Of a stretch of 63,973 bases of DNA, positions 47,643-60,200 are shown one piece after another. The translations under genes were made by a program, and so were the position numbers. How positions within the stretch are numbered: the first letter of the stretch is position 1; every line of letters starts with the position of its first letter. The DNA is taken from the NCBI RefSeq assembly GCF_000143415.4, contig NW_003314280.1:987663-1051635 (forward strand), read 5' to 3'. This DNA comes from Selaginella moellendorffii. Lineage: Eukaryota > Plantae > Lycopodiophyta. The notes beneath the pieces were generated by a model, which saw only the letters and a list, made by a program, of their open reading frames with translations, made no database searches and was not told the origin of the DNA.

Positions 47643-50600
47643 TTTGGTATCAGAGGATGAGTCTCGGCGAGTACTATCCAACGAGATTGGGCAACTAGTC
47701 TCGTTACATACGCAGAGATGAAAACGATGATACGAGTGGGTATATGTATAGGTGCAAAAGGCTTTGGGGTATGGATTTGGTCCTTTTTGTACCTTAATAA
47801 CGTGAGCTTCCTCTTGGGCTCATAAGAGGGATTAAGTTGTTTCGTTTGCATGAGTTTATTCTTGGGCTCGTGAGTGAGGCACATTAGCAACTCAAGGTTA
47901 CACTTTGAGTTGGCAGAATTAATGTTAACTTATCGGTGGTTCCATGAGTTGTTCCAGTGGTTCCATGAGTTGTTCCATGTACCATGAGTTAAAGTAAACC
48001 TTCCCTGGGTTTGCTATGAGTGGCAAATAGGCTGGTCCGTAACTATTTAGCATGGCACTAGTGGATCCTTCCTAGGCATGATTATAAGTGGATTAATCAA
48101 GGCTGTAGTCTATTGATTCAAGTAGTCATTACTGTGCTCTCTCATAAACTTTTCTTGGATTGGACTGAAGGTAGTGCGAAAGCAAGCTTGAGGTCTAGTC
48201 AAAGTTAAGACCGAAAAGAAAGTCGTTAGGGACGAAGGATCAAACATATAAATTATCTTCTCTTCTTGGAGAGATGATTTGTAATGAGGTGTGACTCATT
48301 GCTTGTATTCATAGTATGCAATCAAGAGTCCTTACCTTGATGCATGTTGGAAATGATGGTTTTACAAGTGGTGAGTTATGTTATGGATAGCGGTGAAGCG
48401 CTAAACAATTTTGTTTANNNNNNNNNNNNNNNNNNNNNNNNNNNNNNNNNNNNNNNNNNNNNNNNNNNNNNNNNNNNNNNNNNNNNNNNNNNNNNNNNNN
48501 NNNNNNNNNNNNNNNNNATTCTATGGTGATTTACCATAGGATAACATCACGAAGCGGAACTTAAACCCTCTTTGTGTCACGTGACAGATGCTACGTGTCA
48601 CATGCCATGTGTCCAAAGGAACGTGGTGTGGAACCCGAGGTTCAGAGCCTTGGGCCACTGAACAAAGGAACAGTGCCAAACTCCCAAGCATGGAGCCATA
48701 GAGTGACGGAACTAACCCTCAAAACAACTCTGGAGCTTAAAGCCCAAGGAGCGAAAGAACAGGAGCCCGAAGCGACTTGGAACAGTCCTAGAGTAACCAA
48801 CATCCCAATGCCAGGACCAGCATGCAAAATGGAGCCAAACGGAGTTTGGCGCTATTTCAGCATACCAGTGGCCTAACGCAAGGACATGGGTACTCCACCA
48901 AATAGCATGGAGTGGAACTTGGGCTTAGACCCAATCTGGACGCAGAACAAGGACAGGCACGCAAGCGGGAGCTAGACTATGCCTCAGGTTGGTCGGCCAG
49001 GCCCGACCTACCCACTATCCCTACTATACATTTGGAACCCTCCATAGCCCCCCCGCCCCCCCCCCCTTGAGGAACACATGCTACCCACTATCCCTACTAT
49101 ACATTTGGAACCCCCTTGAGGAACACATGCTTTAAGCCTCCCTTAGTATAAGGAGTTAATCTTTGGGACAAGCTTGAAACTTACTAAATATGGAATAGCG
49201 CTAGATTGCGAATTTGGACACGGGACGAACACCATTGTGTTCAAGCTAATCTCTACATTCCGTAAATATGCCAAATGAGCAAATCTGGACACTTTTCATA
49301 AATAGTATTTAGGACCGAAATGAGATTAACACAAAGGGCATGATAGCGAAGGTGTTTGGCAGACACACTAAGTTATCATCCAACAATATTGAGGGACCAA
49401 TCTCAATACGCAAGGGTTCTTGTCAAGCCAGTGCAAGACAGAGCAAAAGAGAACTAAGAGCCAAGCCGAGTATGCTCAGCTAGAAACACATAGGAGTTCC
49501 TACCTTATGTCCATCTGGCTAAGTACAGGTGCTAAGCCCAGTAAACTAACACTTAAACAAGAGGGGCTGATAAGAGGAACCAGTAATACCAACCTCCTGC
49601 CATCGTGGCAATAAGGAAAGAGTGTCCATAAGGATTGGTCGACAGGTAACTTTCGAAACTCGAAGTCACATTCGCAACAGCTCCTTAAGTAGCTTAGTGT
49701 TGGATTAGTGTTGAGTTTGGTCGGAAAGAGAGTGGCATGAGCTTGTCCATGTTGTGAACAAAAAGTCAATGGTGTTAGATGTTATAAATCTCTATTAATA
49801 GAGTGTGGCATTTATGTTGCATTTTGTTGAATCAAGTTGACACTTGATACTCACATAAACCTTTGCAGTAATGACATAGGCATTGCTCATAGTGTTGCTT
49901 GATTGATGATCAAGTCATTGTGATACTTATATCATATCTATGTGATAATAAGCAATGTGGTTACAAAGTTGCTTGGTTAGACAATGATCAACCACAAAGT
50001 GGTTGATAGTGAAGCTAGTCTACTTGCACGTAATAACATTATAGTAGCTTTAACTAAATTCTCAATGGTGGTCCATTATGCTAAGTTTAAGTTGGTTCCT
50101 TGTTTCTTGAGGGTTTGCCCATGAGATGTTGGAAAAGGTTATAGCATTCATTTGTTATAGCTTGTTGGTTGATCCATTAGCACTTGGAGTATATTGTTAA
50201 ATGGAGAAGGTGTGTAATTGAGGCATTAACATTACTAGCATTTGTGTTAGTGGAAATGGCATTGTTATTTCAAGTGATGAGGATTTTCCTTAGAGCTTGA
50301 TTTTCCATGTCATTTTTCTTGTTAATGTTTGGGTTTCACATTGGATCTTGAAAGTGATTGAAGAAGAGTGTTAGTGCAATGTGGATATCCGAAGATATGG
50401 TCTTTGTGATCAAGCCTTGGATGTTCATTTTGCATTTGTGGAAGTCAATGTTGGATATCGAAGATATGGGCAAAGATGTTTGATGCTTAAGCATACTATA
50501 GGTTTTGAGAATTTGTGTTGAGGTGAACCTATGTGAAATTGTTAGTAGGAGGAAGTTGGTTGAGTCTTGAAAGTTTGTATTCCCAGACTGAGAGTCATTC

Positions 50601-53565
50601 TTTCTCTAGGATGGAAAATTTTCCACAAATTTTCTTAAACTTTTCCAATGGCTAACCTTGCATTTTGCTAGACTCTATGAGAGTAGTGAGCTCTCACTAA
50701 TCTTGATTTAGTCTTGGTAGCCCTACACCTTGGCTGAGGATGGTGATGTCCAACTTAGTTGTTTAATGTTAAGATATTGGTACCTGTACTATAGTTTTGT
50801 CTATGAGGAGGTTGTGTATTAATATGAGTCCATCTCATGGTCTCCACTTTAGTTTTGACTAAGTGTTGATCATGCATAACTAGCCTATTCAAGGCATGCT
50901 CAGAGCTATTGGCTAAATACATTAGTGAGCTTATTGCAGTTGGGTTGAATTCGGGTGATCATTTAGTTCATGTTTATCCATGAACCTATATTTCATACTT
51001 GGGGTATTACGTTCATATTGGACAAGTATATGACTTGATGATGTGAGTTTGGTGTTTGGGTCCTGTGAAGGCAAGTTGAAGAGTGATTATTAGTTGCTTT
51101 GTGACTAGTGATTGCTTGTAGACTTCATCAAGGACTATTGACACTTGCTTCACTTGATGATGATTTAGCAGTAATGGGTTTGCTTTACTAGATAGTGTTG
51201 CGGAGGATCATATTATTAGACTTACATGATTTCTTTTCTATGTTGGCATGTCGATTTCTTTGTCGATATCATTTAGTTGCGTTTAGTTCATAGTGTTGGA
51301 TTTCATTGAGTCTTGAATGTGGTGTATCACTCATTGATAATGTGTTATCTGTAACTGAGTATTGTTGGAGGATTAGTCTCGGATACTAACTAAGGTATCT
51401 TCGACTTTGGTTAGCTTAGTTGCTAAAGAGCTTTGGGTGGTGATTCATTTTTGCTTTCTTCTAACTTTGTTATGGTGTTGATGGCATTGAAGTAATGCCT
51501 TGTCATTGACGTTATTAATATTGAGATTCGAATGAAATGAGATGTCTTTCCGAAAGATTGATATTGAGTTTCATTAGTCTTGATGAAGATAGCATTGATG
51601 ATTTGGCTATAGTTTTATGTTATTGGCATTCGTGCATTTGCTAGTTAGTAATTGTATTGACGTTCAAACAAATTGAGTGGCAAGTTTGAGTTAGTTGTGT
51701 TCTATATAAGATTATTTAGTAGGGGTTGAGCTTTGGCTTTTCCTTGAAAAGTGATTTAGTTGTGGACTACGCTAGCTTTGGATTGAATCCTTATTAAATT
51801 TCAGTGGGGATATATCGATCATTGATGATTCTTCTTGTGCTTGTTATGAAGTGAGTTATGTCTTCCTATAAATGGATTTATGGAAGATCGTTTAAAGATC
51901 ACTTGTTGAGCATAGCTTCATTGTGCTTGGCTTTTGGATTGATGCAGATATGCTCTTCATTAGCTTTGCATTATAAAGTTTAGCTTATGAATGTGTTGAA
52001 GAGGATATTATGAATTGTGCCATGATTTGTTCTTTAGCATTGAAGTTCATGCAAAACTTGTGATCATTGTTAGGCAAAACTTAGCTATAGACTTCTTTAA
52101 AATTTTGGTTCTTTGAGTTTTCATGCTCATTATTTCATTTGTTAGAAGTTGTTAAATAAGGCATTTTGGCTCATAGCTTCAATGTTGAAGTTAGTATTTA
52201 CATCTAACAATCATTGGTAATGATTGACTATCATCTAGGATAGTTGAATATCCTTATCAAAAGTTTTGTTTGATTATTATTAATATGGAATGATTTGCCA
52301 TTCTTTGGGATGGTGGATTTCTTCTTCAATGATGATTTTGCATGTCTCCTTTTGATGGGATGATTGCTGATCTTTCATGATGGTTAGTTATTCTCTTTGA
52401 TGGCTTATGGCTTTTCGCAATACCACATGTTTTTTGTGATTTGCTCTGGATTGGTCTCTTGGGTTTGAGACATCGATAGGATGTTGCTAGCACTTGCTTA
52501 GACAACTCTGGTTCCTTGGTATTATTGAGTAAGATCTATTCAGATTGGCTAGTGTGATAGTTGGCATGAATGAGTGTTTGTTCGTGTGCATAGTGAAATC
52601 TTTAGTCATGGGGTAGCTACTATCGATTGGTCACATCACTCGCCTCTTTGTCGATGTTCCTTATTTCGTTAAAAGGGTGTGACCGTATAAACAACTCTAA
52701 CTGCCTATTTACAGTAGTTTATCTAAACCTTACCAACGGGTTTGGTTTCTTTGCTCAGGAGGGTTGGGGCCTCTTCTCTCTGTGTCCCTGCGGGCAGGGG
52801 TGTATCACACTTTTGTAAGCTAGGTGACACCCAGAGCAGCAAGGGTGGCTGACTTTGTTAGTCATTTCCTTGTCAGCGACAGCTGGAAGGTGTCTGAGCT
52901 GGTAGCGCATCCGCGTTAGACACAGAGGTTGCCTCCTAACTCATTTAAATTAGTGCATTTCTCATATAGTGTGAATACCGTGAACTTTTTCTAGAGTTGT
53001 TTCCTTGGCAGTATTCTAGACTCGAGTATGCATCAACGAGGATGTCGATCTTCCCTAGGGGGGAGAGTGTCGTGAATGTGACTTCAAGTATCGAAAGTTA
53101 CCGGTTGGCCAGTCCTTACGGACACTCTTTCCTTACTGCCATGATGGCAAGAGGTCGGTATTGCTAGACCCTTTATCAGTCCCTCTTGTGCTAGTGGAGT
53201 TAACTGGGCATTTTGAGTGTACTTAGACTGGACGAGCATAAGGACGGAATTCCTACGTGTTATTAGCTAAGCATACTTAGCCCGGTAAGGAGTTCCCATC
53301 TTGTTTTGTCTTGTACTGGCTAGTGACAAGAACCCTTGCGTATTGAGATTAGTCCCTCAATATCGCTGGATGATAGCTTACCGTGTCTGCCAAACACCTT
53401 TGCTATCATACCCTTTGTGTTAGTCTCATTTCGGTCGCAAATGCTATTTATGAAAAGTGTCCAAATTTACTCATTTGGCATATCTACGGAATATAAAGAT
53501 TAGCCTGAACACAATGGTGTTCGTCCCGTGTCCAAATTTGCAATCTAGTGCCATTCCATATTTAG
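47110..53565 (+). mobile_element. Family B non-autonomous (LARD-like) LTR element, plus strand; PPT 53057-53067, 3' LTR from 53068 into the gap
   Basis: PBS, non-coding G/T-rich interior that is the reverse complement of 54755-58962, and AGGGGGGAGAG-TG junction. Confidence 0.85.
48518..49679 (-). repeat. Family B LTR (apparent solo LTR) inserted in opposite orientation inside the plus-strand family B element
   Basis: Matches 58990-60096. Ends ...TTCGCAACA with no PPT, and host internal sequence resumes at 49680. Confidence 0.82.
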
Positions 53566-54223
53566 NNNNNNNNNNNNNNNNNNNNNNNNNNNNNNNNNNN
53601 NNNNNNNNNNNNNNNNNNNNNNNNNNNNNNNNNNNNNNNNNNNNNNNNNNNNNNNNNNNNNNNNNNNNNNNNNNNNNNNNNNNNNNNNNNNNNNNNNNNN
53701 NNNNNNNNNNNNNNNNNNNNNNNNNNNNNNNNNNNNNNNNNNNNNNNNNNNNNNNNNNNNNNNNNNNNNNNNNNNNNNNNNNNNNNNNNNNNNNNNNNNN
53801 NNNNNNNNNNNNNNNNNNNNNNNNNNNNNNNNNNNNNNNNNNNNNNNNNNNNNNNNNNNNNNNNNNNNNNNNNNNNNNNNNNNNNNNNNNNNNNNNNNNN
53901 NNNNNNNNNNNNNNNNNNNNNNNNNNNNNNNNNNNNNNNNNNNNNNNNNNNNNNNNNNNNNNNNNNNNNNNNNNNNNNNNNNNNNNNNNNNNNNNNNNNN
54001 NNNNNNNNNNNNNNNNNNNNNNNNNNNNNNNNNNNNNNNNNNNNNNNNNNNNNNNNNNNNNNNNNNNNNNNNNNNNNNNNNNNNNNNNNNNNNNNNNNNN
54101 NNNNNNNNNNNNNNNNNNNNNNNNNNNNNNNNNNNNNNNNNNNNNNNNNNNNNNNNNNNNNNNNNNNNNNNNNNNNNNNNNNNNNNNNNNNNNNNNNNNN
54201 NNNNNNNNNNNNNNNNNNNNNNN

Positions 54224-57200
54224 NCCTCCCTTAGTATCAGGAGTTAGTCTTTGGGACAAGCTTGAAACTTATTAAATATGGAATGGCGCTAGATTGCGAA
54301 TTTGGACATGGGACGAACACTATTGTGTTCAGGACAATCTCTATATTTCGTAGATGTGCCAAATGAGCCAATCTAGACACTTTCCATAAATAGCATTTAG
54401 GACTGAAATCATACTAACACAAAGGGTATGATAGTGAGGGTGTTTGGCAGGCATATTTAGCGAATATTAAGGAACCAATCTCAATATCGCGAGGGTTCCC
54501 AACACTAGCAAGTGCAAGTCAACAACATGAGTTTCTCATCACCATGTCAAGTATGCTTGACTAAATGACAACGTAGGATTTCCTTCCTTAGTGCCCTTCC
54601 GGTCTAAGTGCACATGTGATGACCATGTTACTTAGGCGAAGACTAATAACTGGTATAGCAATACCAAGGTCCTGCCGTTATGGTAGTAAGGAAAGAATAT
54701 CCGAAAGGACTAGCTGACAGGTAACTTTCGATACCCGAAGTCACATTTGTGACACTCTCCCCCCCTAGGGAAGATCGACGTCCTCATCGATGCATACTCG
54801 AGTCTAGAATACCGCCAAGGAAACAACTCCAGAAAAAGTTCACGGTATTCACACTATGTGAGAAATGCACCAACTTAAATGAGTTAAGAGGCAACCTCTG
54901 TGTCTAACGCGGATGTGCTACCAGCTTAGACACCTTTCGGCCGTCGCCGACAAGGAAATGACCAACGGAGTTAGCCACCCTTGCTGCTCTAGGTGTCACC
55001 CAACTTACAAAAGTGTGATACGCCCCTGCCTGCAGGGACATAGAGAGAGAAGCTAGAGGCCCCAACCCTCCTGAGCAAAGAAACCAAACATGTCGGTAAG
55101 GGTTAGATAAACTACTGTAAACAGGTAGTTAGAGTTGTTTACACGGTCATGCCCTTTTAACGGAATAAGGAACATTGACAAAGAGGCTAGTGATGTGACC
55201 AATCGATAGTAGCTACCCCATGACTAGAGATTTCACTATGCACACGAAGTGCCGAAGCCAGTCTACCTCTACTGGCCCATACTCAAAGATCAATAGATGG
55301 ACAATATCAAAGTCATTAGACAATGATAGCTCAGAGTCTTAATTATCAATGAATAATGCTTAGATTAGAACACAAAAGTATTCCAAGTAAGTTATCATCT
55401 GATAAACTAGTATTATAGTATAGGAACCATCAAGATCATCATAATTGGTAAACATAAGATTGACCATCCAACAAAATTCAATAGTCAGTATATCATCAAG
55501 TAAACTCAATGATAAAACTTAACTACCAAAGGTTGCAGACAATATGCCAAAAAACTTACAAAAGATAACTCAAAGAACACAAAGTATCATTGACTGACAA
55601 GCAAAATGTTCGTGAATGTATTACCCAAAGGAAATAACATCTTAATCTATCAAAACTAACACAAGCAATGATTAACAGAACAGAATGAAGGTTGCAAGAC
55701 TAACAAATATAGCATTCATGCCAACTATCGCACTAGTTAATCTGAATAGATCCCAGTTAACAATACAAAGGAACTAGAGTTGCTCAAGCAAGCATCGGCA
55801 ACATACTTTTGATGTCTCAAACCCAGGAGACCAATCCAAAGCAAACCACAAAGAACATATGGTAATGCAAAAAGCTAAAAGCCATGCATGAGTGTCAATA
55901 ACACAAAGCCATAGCCAAATCATCAACACTATTTTCATTGAGACTAATGAAACTAAATATCAATCCAAGAGAGAGACATCTTATTTCACTTGAATCTCAA
56001 CATTAATATTGTCAACGACAAGGCATCACTTTAATGTCATCAACACCATAACAAAGCTAGAAGAAAGCAAGAGTGAATCACCACTCAAAGCTCTTTAGCA
56101 ACCAAGCTAACAAAAGTTGAAGATATTATAGTCAGTATCTGAGACTAATCCTTCAGCAAAACTCAGTTATAGATAACACTTCCTCAATGAGTGATTCACC
56201 ACATCCAAGACTCAATGAAATCCAACACCATGAACTAAACGCAACCAAATGATATTGACAAAGGTAGAGTCGACATGCCAACATGGAAAACCCATGTAAG
56301 TTTAACAACACGATCCTCCACAACATCATCCGGTAAAGCAAGCCCATCACTGCTACATCTTCATCGAGTGAAGCAAGTGTCAACAGTCCTCGACTAAGTG
56401 TACAAGCAATCACTAGTTGCAAAGCAACTAACAATCACTCTTCAACTTGCCTTCACAAGACCCAACACTAAACTCATGTCATCGAGTCATATACTTGTCT
56501 AGCATGAACATAATATCCCAAGTACGAGATAAAGGTTCATGGACAAGCATAAAGTAAATGACTACTCAAATCCAACTCAACGGCAATAAGTTCACTAATG
56601 CATTTAGCGAACAGCTCTAAGCATGCCTTGAAGAGGCTAACTATGCATGACCAACACTTAGTCGAAACTAAAGTGAAGACCATAGGATGGACTTATATCG
56701 GTACACAACCTTCTGATAGACAAGCTATAGTATGGGTACCAACATCTCAACCTCAAACAACTAAGTTGGACATCATTATCCTCAGCCAAGGCGCAGGGCT
56801 ACCAAGACTAAGTCAAGATCAGTGAGAGCTCACTACTCTCATAGAGTTTAACGAAATGCAAGATGCAACCTGCCACCAAGCAAAACGCTATAGAAGAAAG
56901 GTACAAGGGTCACCCTTCTAGAAAAGTGCAACAGCCACTTTTTTACACCAACTCCAGACTCTATCCAACTCAATTGTCTTAGCCCCAAAAGTCAGCATCC
57001 CTTTCGGGTTGCATCATACAAACTACTTATTAAAGTCTAAGCTAACCAAAGTCAACTTTAACCCCTTCACTAGTTTGTACTGACTTACGAAAATGGAATG
57101 GTTTTCGAGCAAAGTGATCAACAGATCAGCTATTGGAAAAGTCTAAGAAAATTTATGGAAAATTTTCCATCCTAAAGAAATAATGACTCTCAGTCCAGGA

Positions 57201-60200
57201 ATGCAAACTTTCAAGACTCAACCAACTTCTTCCTACCTACAACTTCACATATGTTCACTTCAACACCAATTCTCATGACCCATAGTATGCTTAAACCTTG
57301 AACATCTTTGCCCATTTTTCTAATATCTAACACTGACATCCGTAAAATGCAAAATGAACATCCAAGGCTTGATCATGAAAACCACATCTTCGGATATCCA
57401 CATTGCACTACACTCTTCTTTAATCACCTTCAAGATAAAATCTGAAGCCAAAACACTAATAAGAAAAATGACATGGAAAATCAAACTCTAAGGAAAATCC
57501 TCATCACTCAAAACAATAATGCCACTTTCACTAACACAAGTGCTAGCGATGTCAGTGCCTCAATTACACACCTTCTCCATCCAATAATCTACTCCAAGTG
57601 TTAACGAATCAACCAAAAAGCCATAACAAGTGAATACTACAACCTTTTTCAACACTTCATTGGACAAACTCAAGGAAACAAAGTACCAACATAAGCTTGG
57701 CATAATTGGACCACTATTGAGAATTTAGTCAAAGTTACTATATGCTACTATGTGCAAGTAGACTAGCTTCACCATCAACCACTTTGGGGTTGATCATCGT
57801 TTAACCAAGCAACTTCGTAAACACATTACTCATTATCACATGGATATGATATAAGTATCACAATGACTTGATCATCAACTGAGCAACACCAAGAGCAACA
57901 CCCATGTCATTACTTCAAAAGGTTTATGTGAGCATCCAATGCCAACTCAATTCGGCAAAATGCAACATAAATGCCACACTCCACCAATAGAGATTTATAA
58001 CACCTAACACCACTAATTTTGGTTCACAACACGAACAAGCTCATGCGACAACACGGACAAACTCATGTGACTATCTTTCCGACCAAACTCAAAACTAATC
58101 CAACACCAAGCTACTCAAGGAGCAATAGCAAGGTTCCCCGGAAAAGAATTGAGCATTGCAACCCAAGTCTTCCAATAGCAAGCTTAGACAAAATGATATA
58201 GCGCATCACCGCTATCCATCCCATAACTCACCATTTGTAAGACCATCATTTCCAACATCCATCAAGGTAGGGACTCTTGATTGCATAATGTGAACACGAG
58301 CAATGAGTCACACTTTGTTGCAAATCATCTCTCAAAGAAGAGAAGATGATTTACATGTTTGATCCTTCGTCCCCGATGACTCTCTTTTCGGTCTCATCTT
58401 TGACTACACCTCAAGCTTGCTTTCACTCTGCCTTCAGTCCAATCCAAGAAAAGTTTATGAGAGAGCACAAAATTGACTACTTGAACCAATAGACTCATCC
58501 CTATAGTCTTGATTGATCCACTTATAACCATGCCTATGAAGGATTTACTACTGCCGTGCTAAATAGCTATAGACCAGCCTATTTGCCACTCATAGCAAAC
58601 CCAGGGAAGGTTTACTTTCACCCACGGTACATGGAACAACTCATAGGATCCATTGGAACAACCCATGGTACGACCGATAGGCTAACATTAATCCAGCCAA
58701 CTCAAAGTGTAATCTTGAATTGCTAATGTGCCTCACTCACGAACGAACAAAACATCTCAAATCCATCCTATGAACCCAAGAGCAAGCTCACATCATAAGG
58801 TACAACAAGGTAACCAAATCCATACCCAAGGAACAATTGCGAAGTCTTTGCACCCAAACATGTACCCACTCAGATCATCGTTTTCATCTCTGCGTATGCA
58901 ATGAGACTAGTTGCCCAATCTCATTGGATAGTACTCACCGAGACTCATCTTTTGATACCAAATGTAGTGCACGTGGTTTTGACCCTTTATCCTATGGTAA
59001 TTTACCATAGGATAACACCACGAAGCGAAACCTAAACCCTTTTTATGCCACATGACACATGCCACGTGTCCAAAGGACAGTGGTGCGGAACCTGAGGTTC
59101 AGGGCCTTGGGCCACTGAACGAAGGAACGGTGCCAAACTCCCGAGCATGAAGCTAAGGAGTGACAGAACCGGACCACAGAGCAACTCCCGAGCGTACAGC
59201 CCAAGGAGTGAAGGGATAGGAGCCCAAAGCGACTTGGAACAATCCTGGACCAACCAGCATCCTAATGCCAAGACCAGCACGCAAAATGGAGCCAAATGGA
59301 GCTTGGCGCTATTTTGGCATATCGGTGGCCTAACGTGAGGATATGGGTACTCCACCAGCTAGCATGGAATGGAACTTGGGCTTAGACCCAAGCTAGATGC
59401 AAAACAAGGACAGGCACGCAAGCGGGAGCTAGACTATGCCTCAAGTTGGTTAGCCATGCCCGACCTACCAACTATCCCTACTATACATTTGGAACCCCCC
59501 ACAGTCCCTGCCCCCCCTTGAGGAACACATGCTTTGGGCTTTCACCCTAAGCCTCCCTCAGTATCAGGAGTTAGTCTCTGGGACAAGCTTAAAACTTACT
59601 AAGTATAGGCTAGCGCTAGATTGCGAATTTGGACACGGGACGAACACTATTGAGTTCAGGCCAACCTCTACATTCCATAGATATGCCAAATGAGCAAATC
59701 TAGACACTTTCCATAAATAGCATTTAGGACCGAAATGAGACTAACACAAAGGGCATGATAGCAAGGGTGTTTGGCAGACATGGTAAGCTATCATCTAGCG
59801 ATATTGAGGGACCAATCTCAATACGCAAGGGTTCTTGTCAAGCCAGTGCAAGACAGAGCAAAAGAGAACTAACAAGCCCGGCCAAGTATGTTTGGCTAAA
59901 TAGACACTTAGGAATTCCTTCCTTATACTCGTCCGGCCAAGTACATATGCAAAATCCAGTTTACTAACACTTGAACAAAAGGGCCAATAAAGGGAACCAG
60001 CAATACTGACCTCCTGCCATCGTAGCGGTAAGGAAAGAGTGTTCGTAAGGACTGGCCGACAGGTAACTTTCGATACCCAAAGTCACATTCGCGACACTCT
60101 CCCCCCCTAGGGAAGATCGATGTCTGCGTCAATGCATACTCGAGTCGAGAATACCGCCAAGGAAACAACTCCAGAAAAAGTTCATGGTCTTCCATGAATC

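Noticed and set aside
53457-54275. 272-aa and 262-aa ORFs
   Set aside because: They span an N gap.
54908-54930. Resemblance to the 5S rRNA 5' end (Cassandra-like)
   Set aside because: Only a short partial match, with no A/C boxes or remaining 5S sequence.
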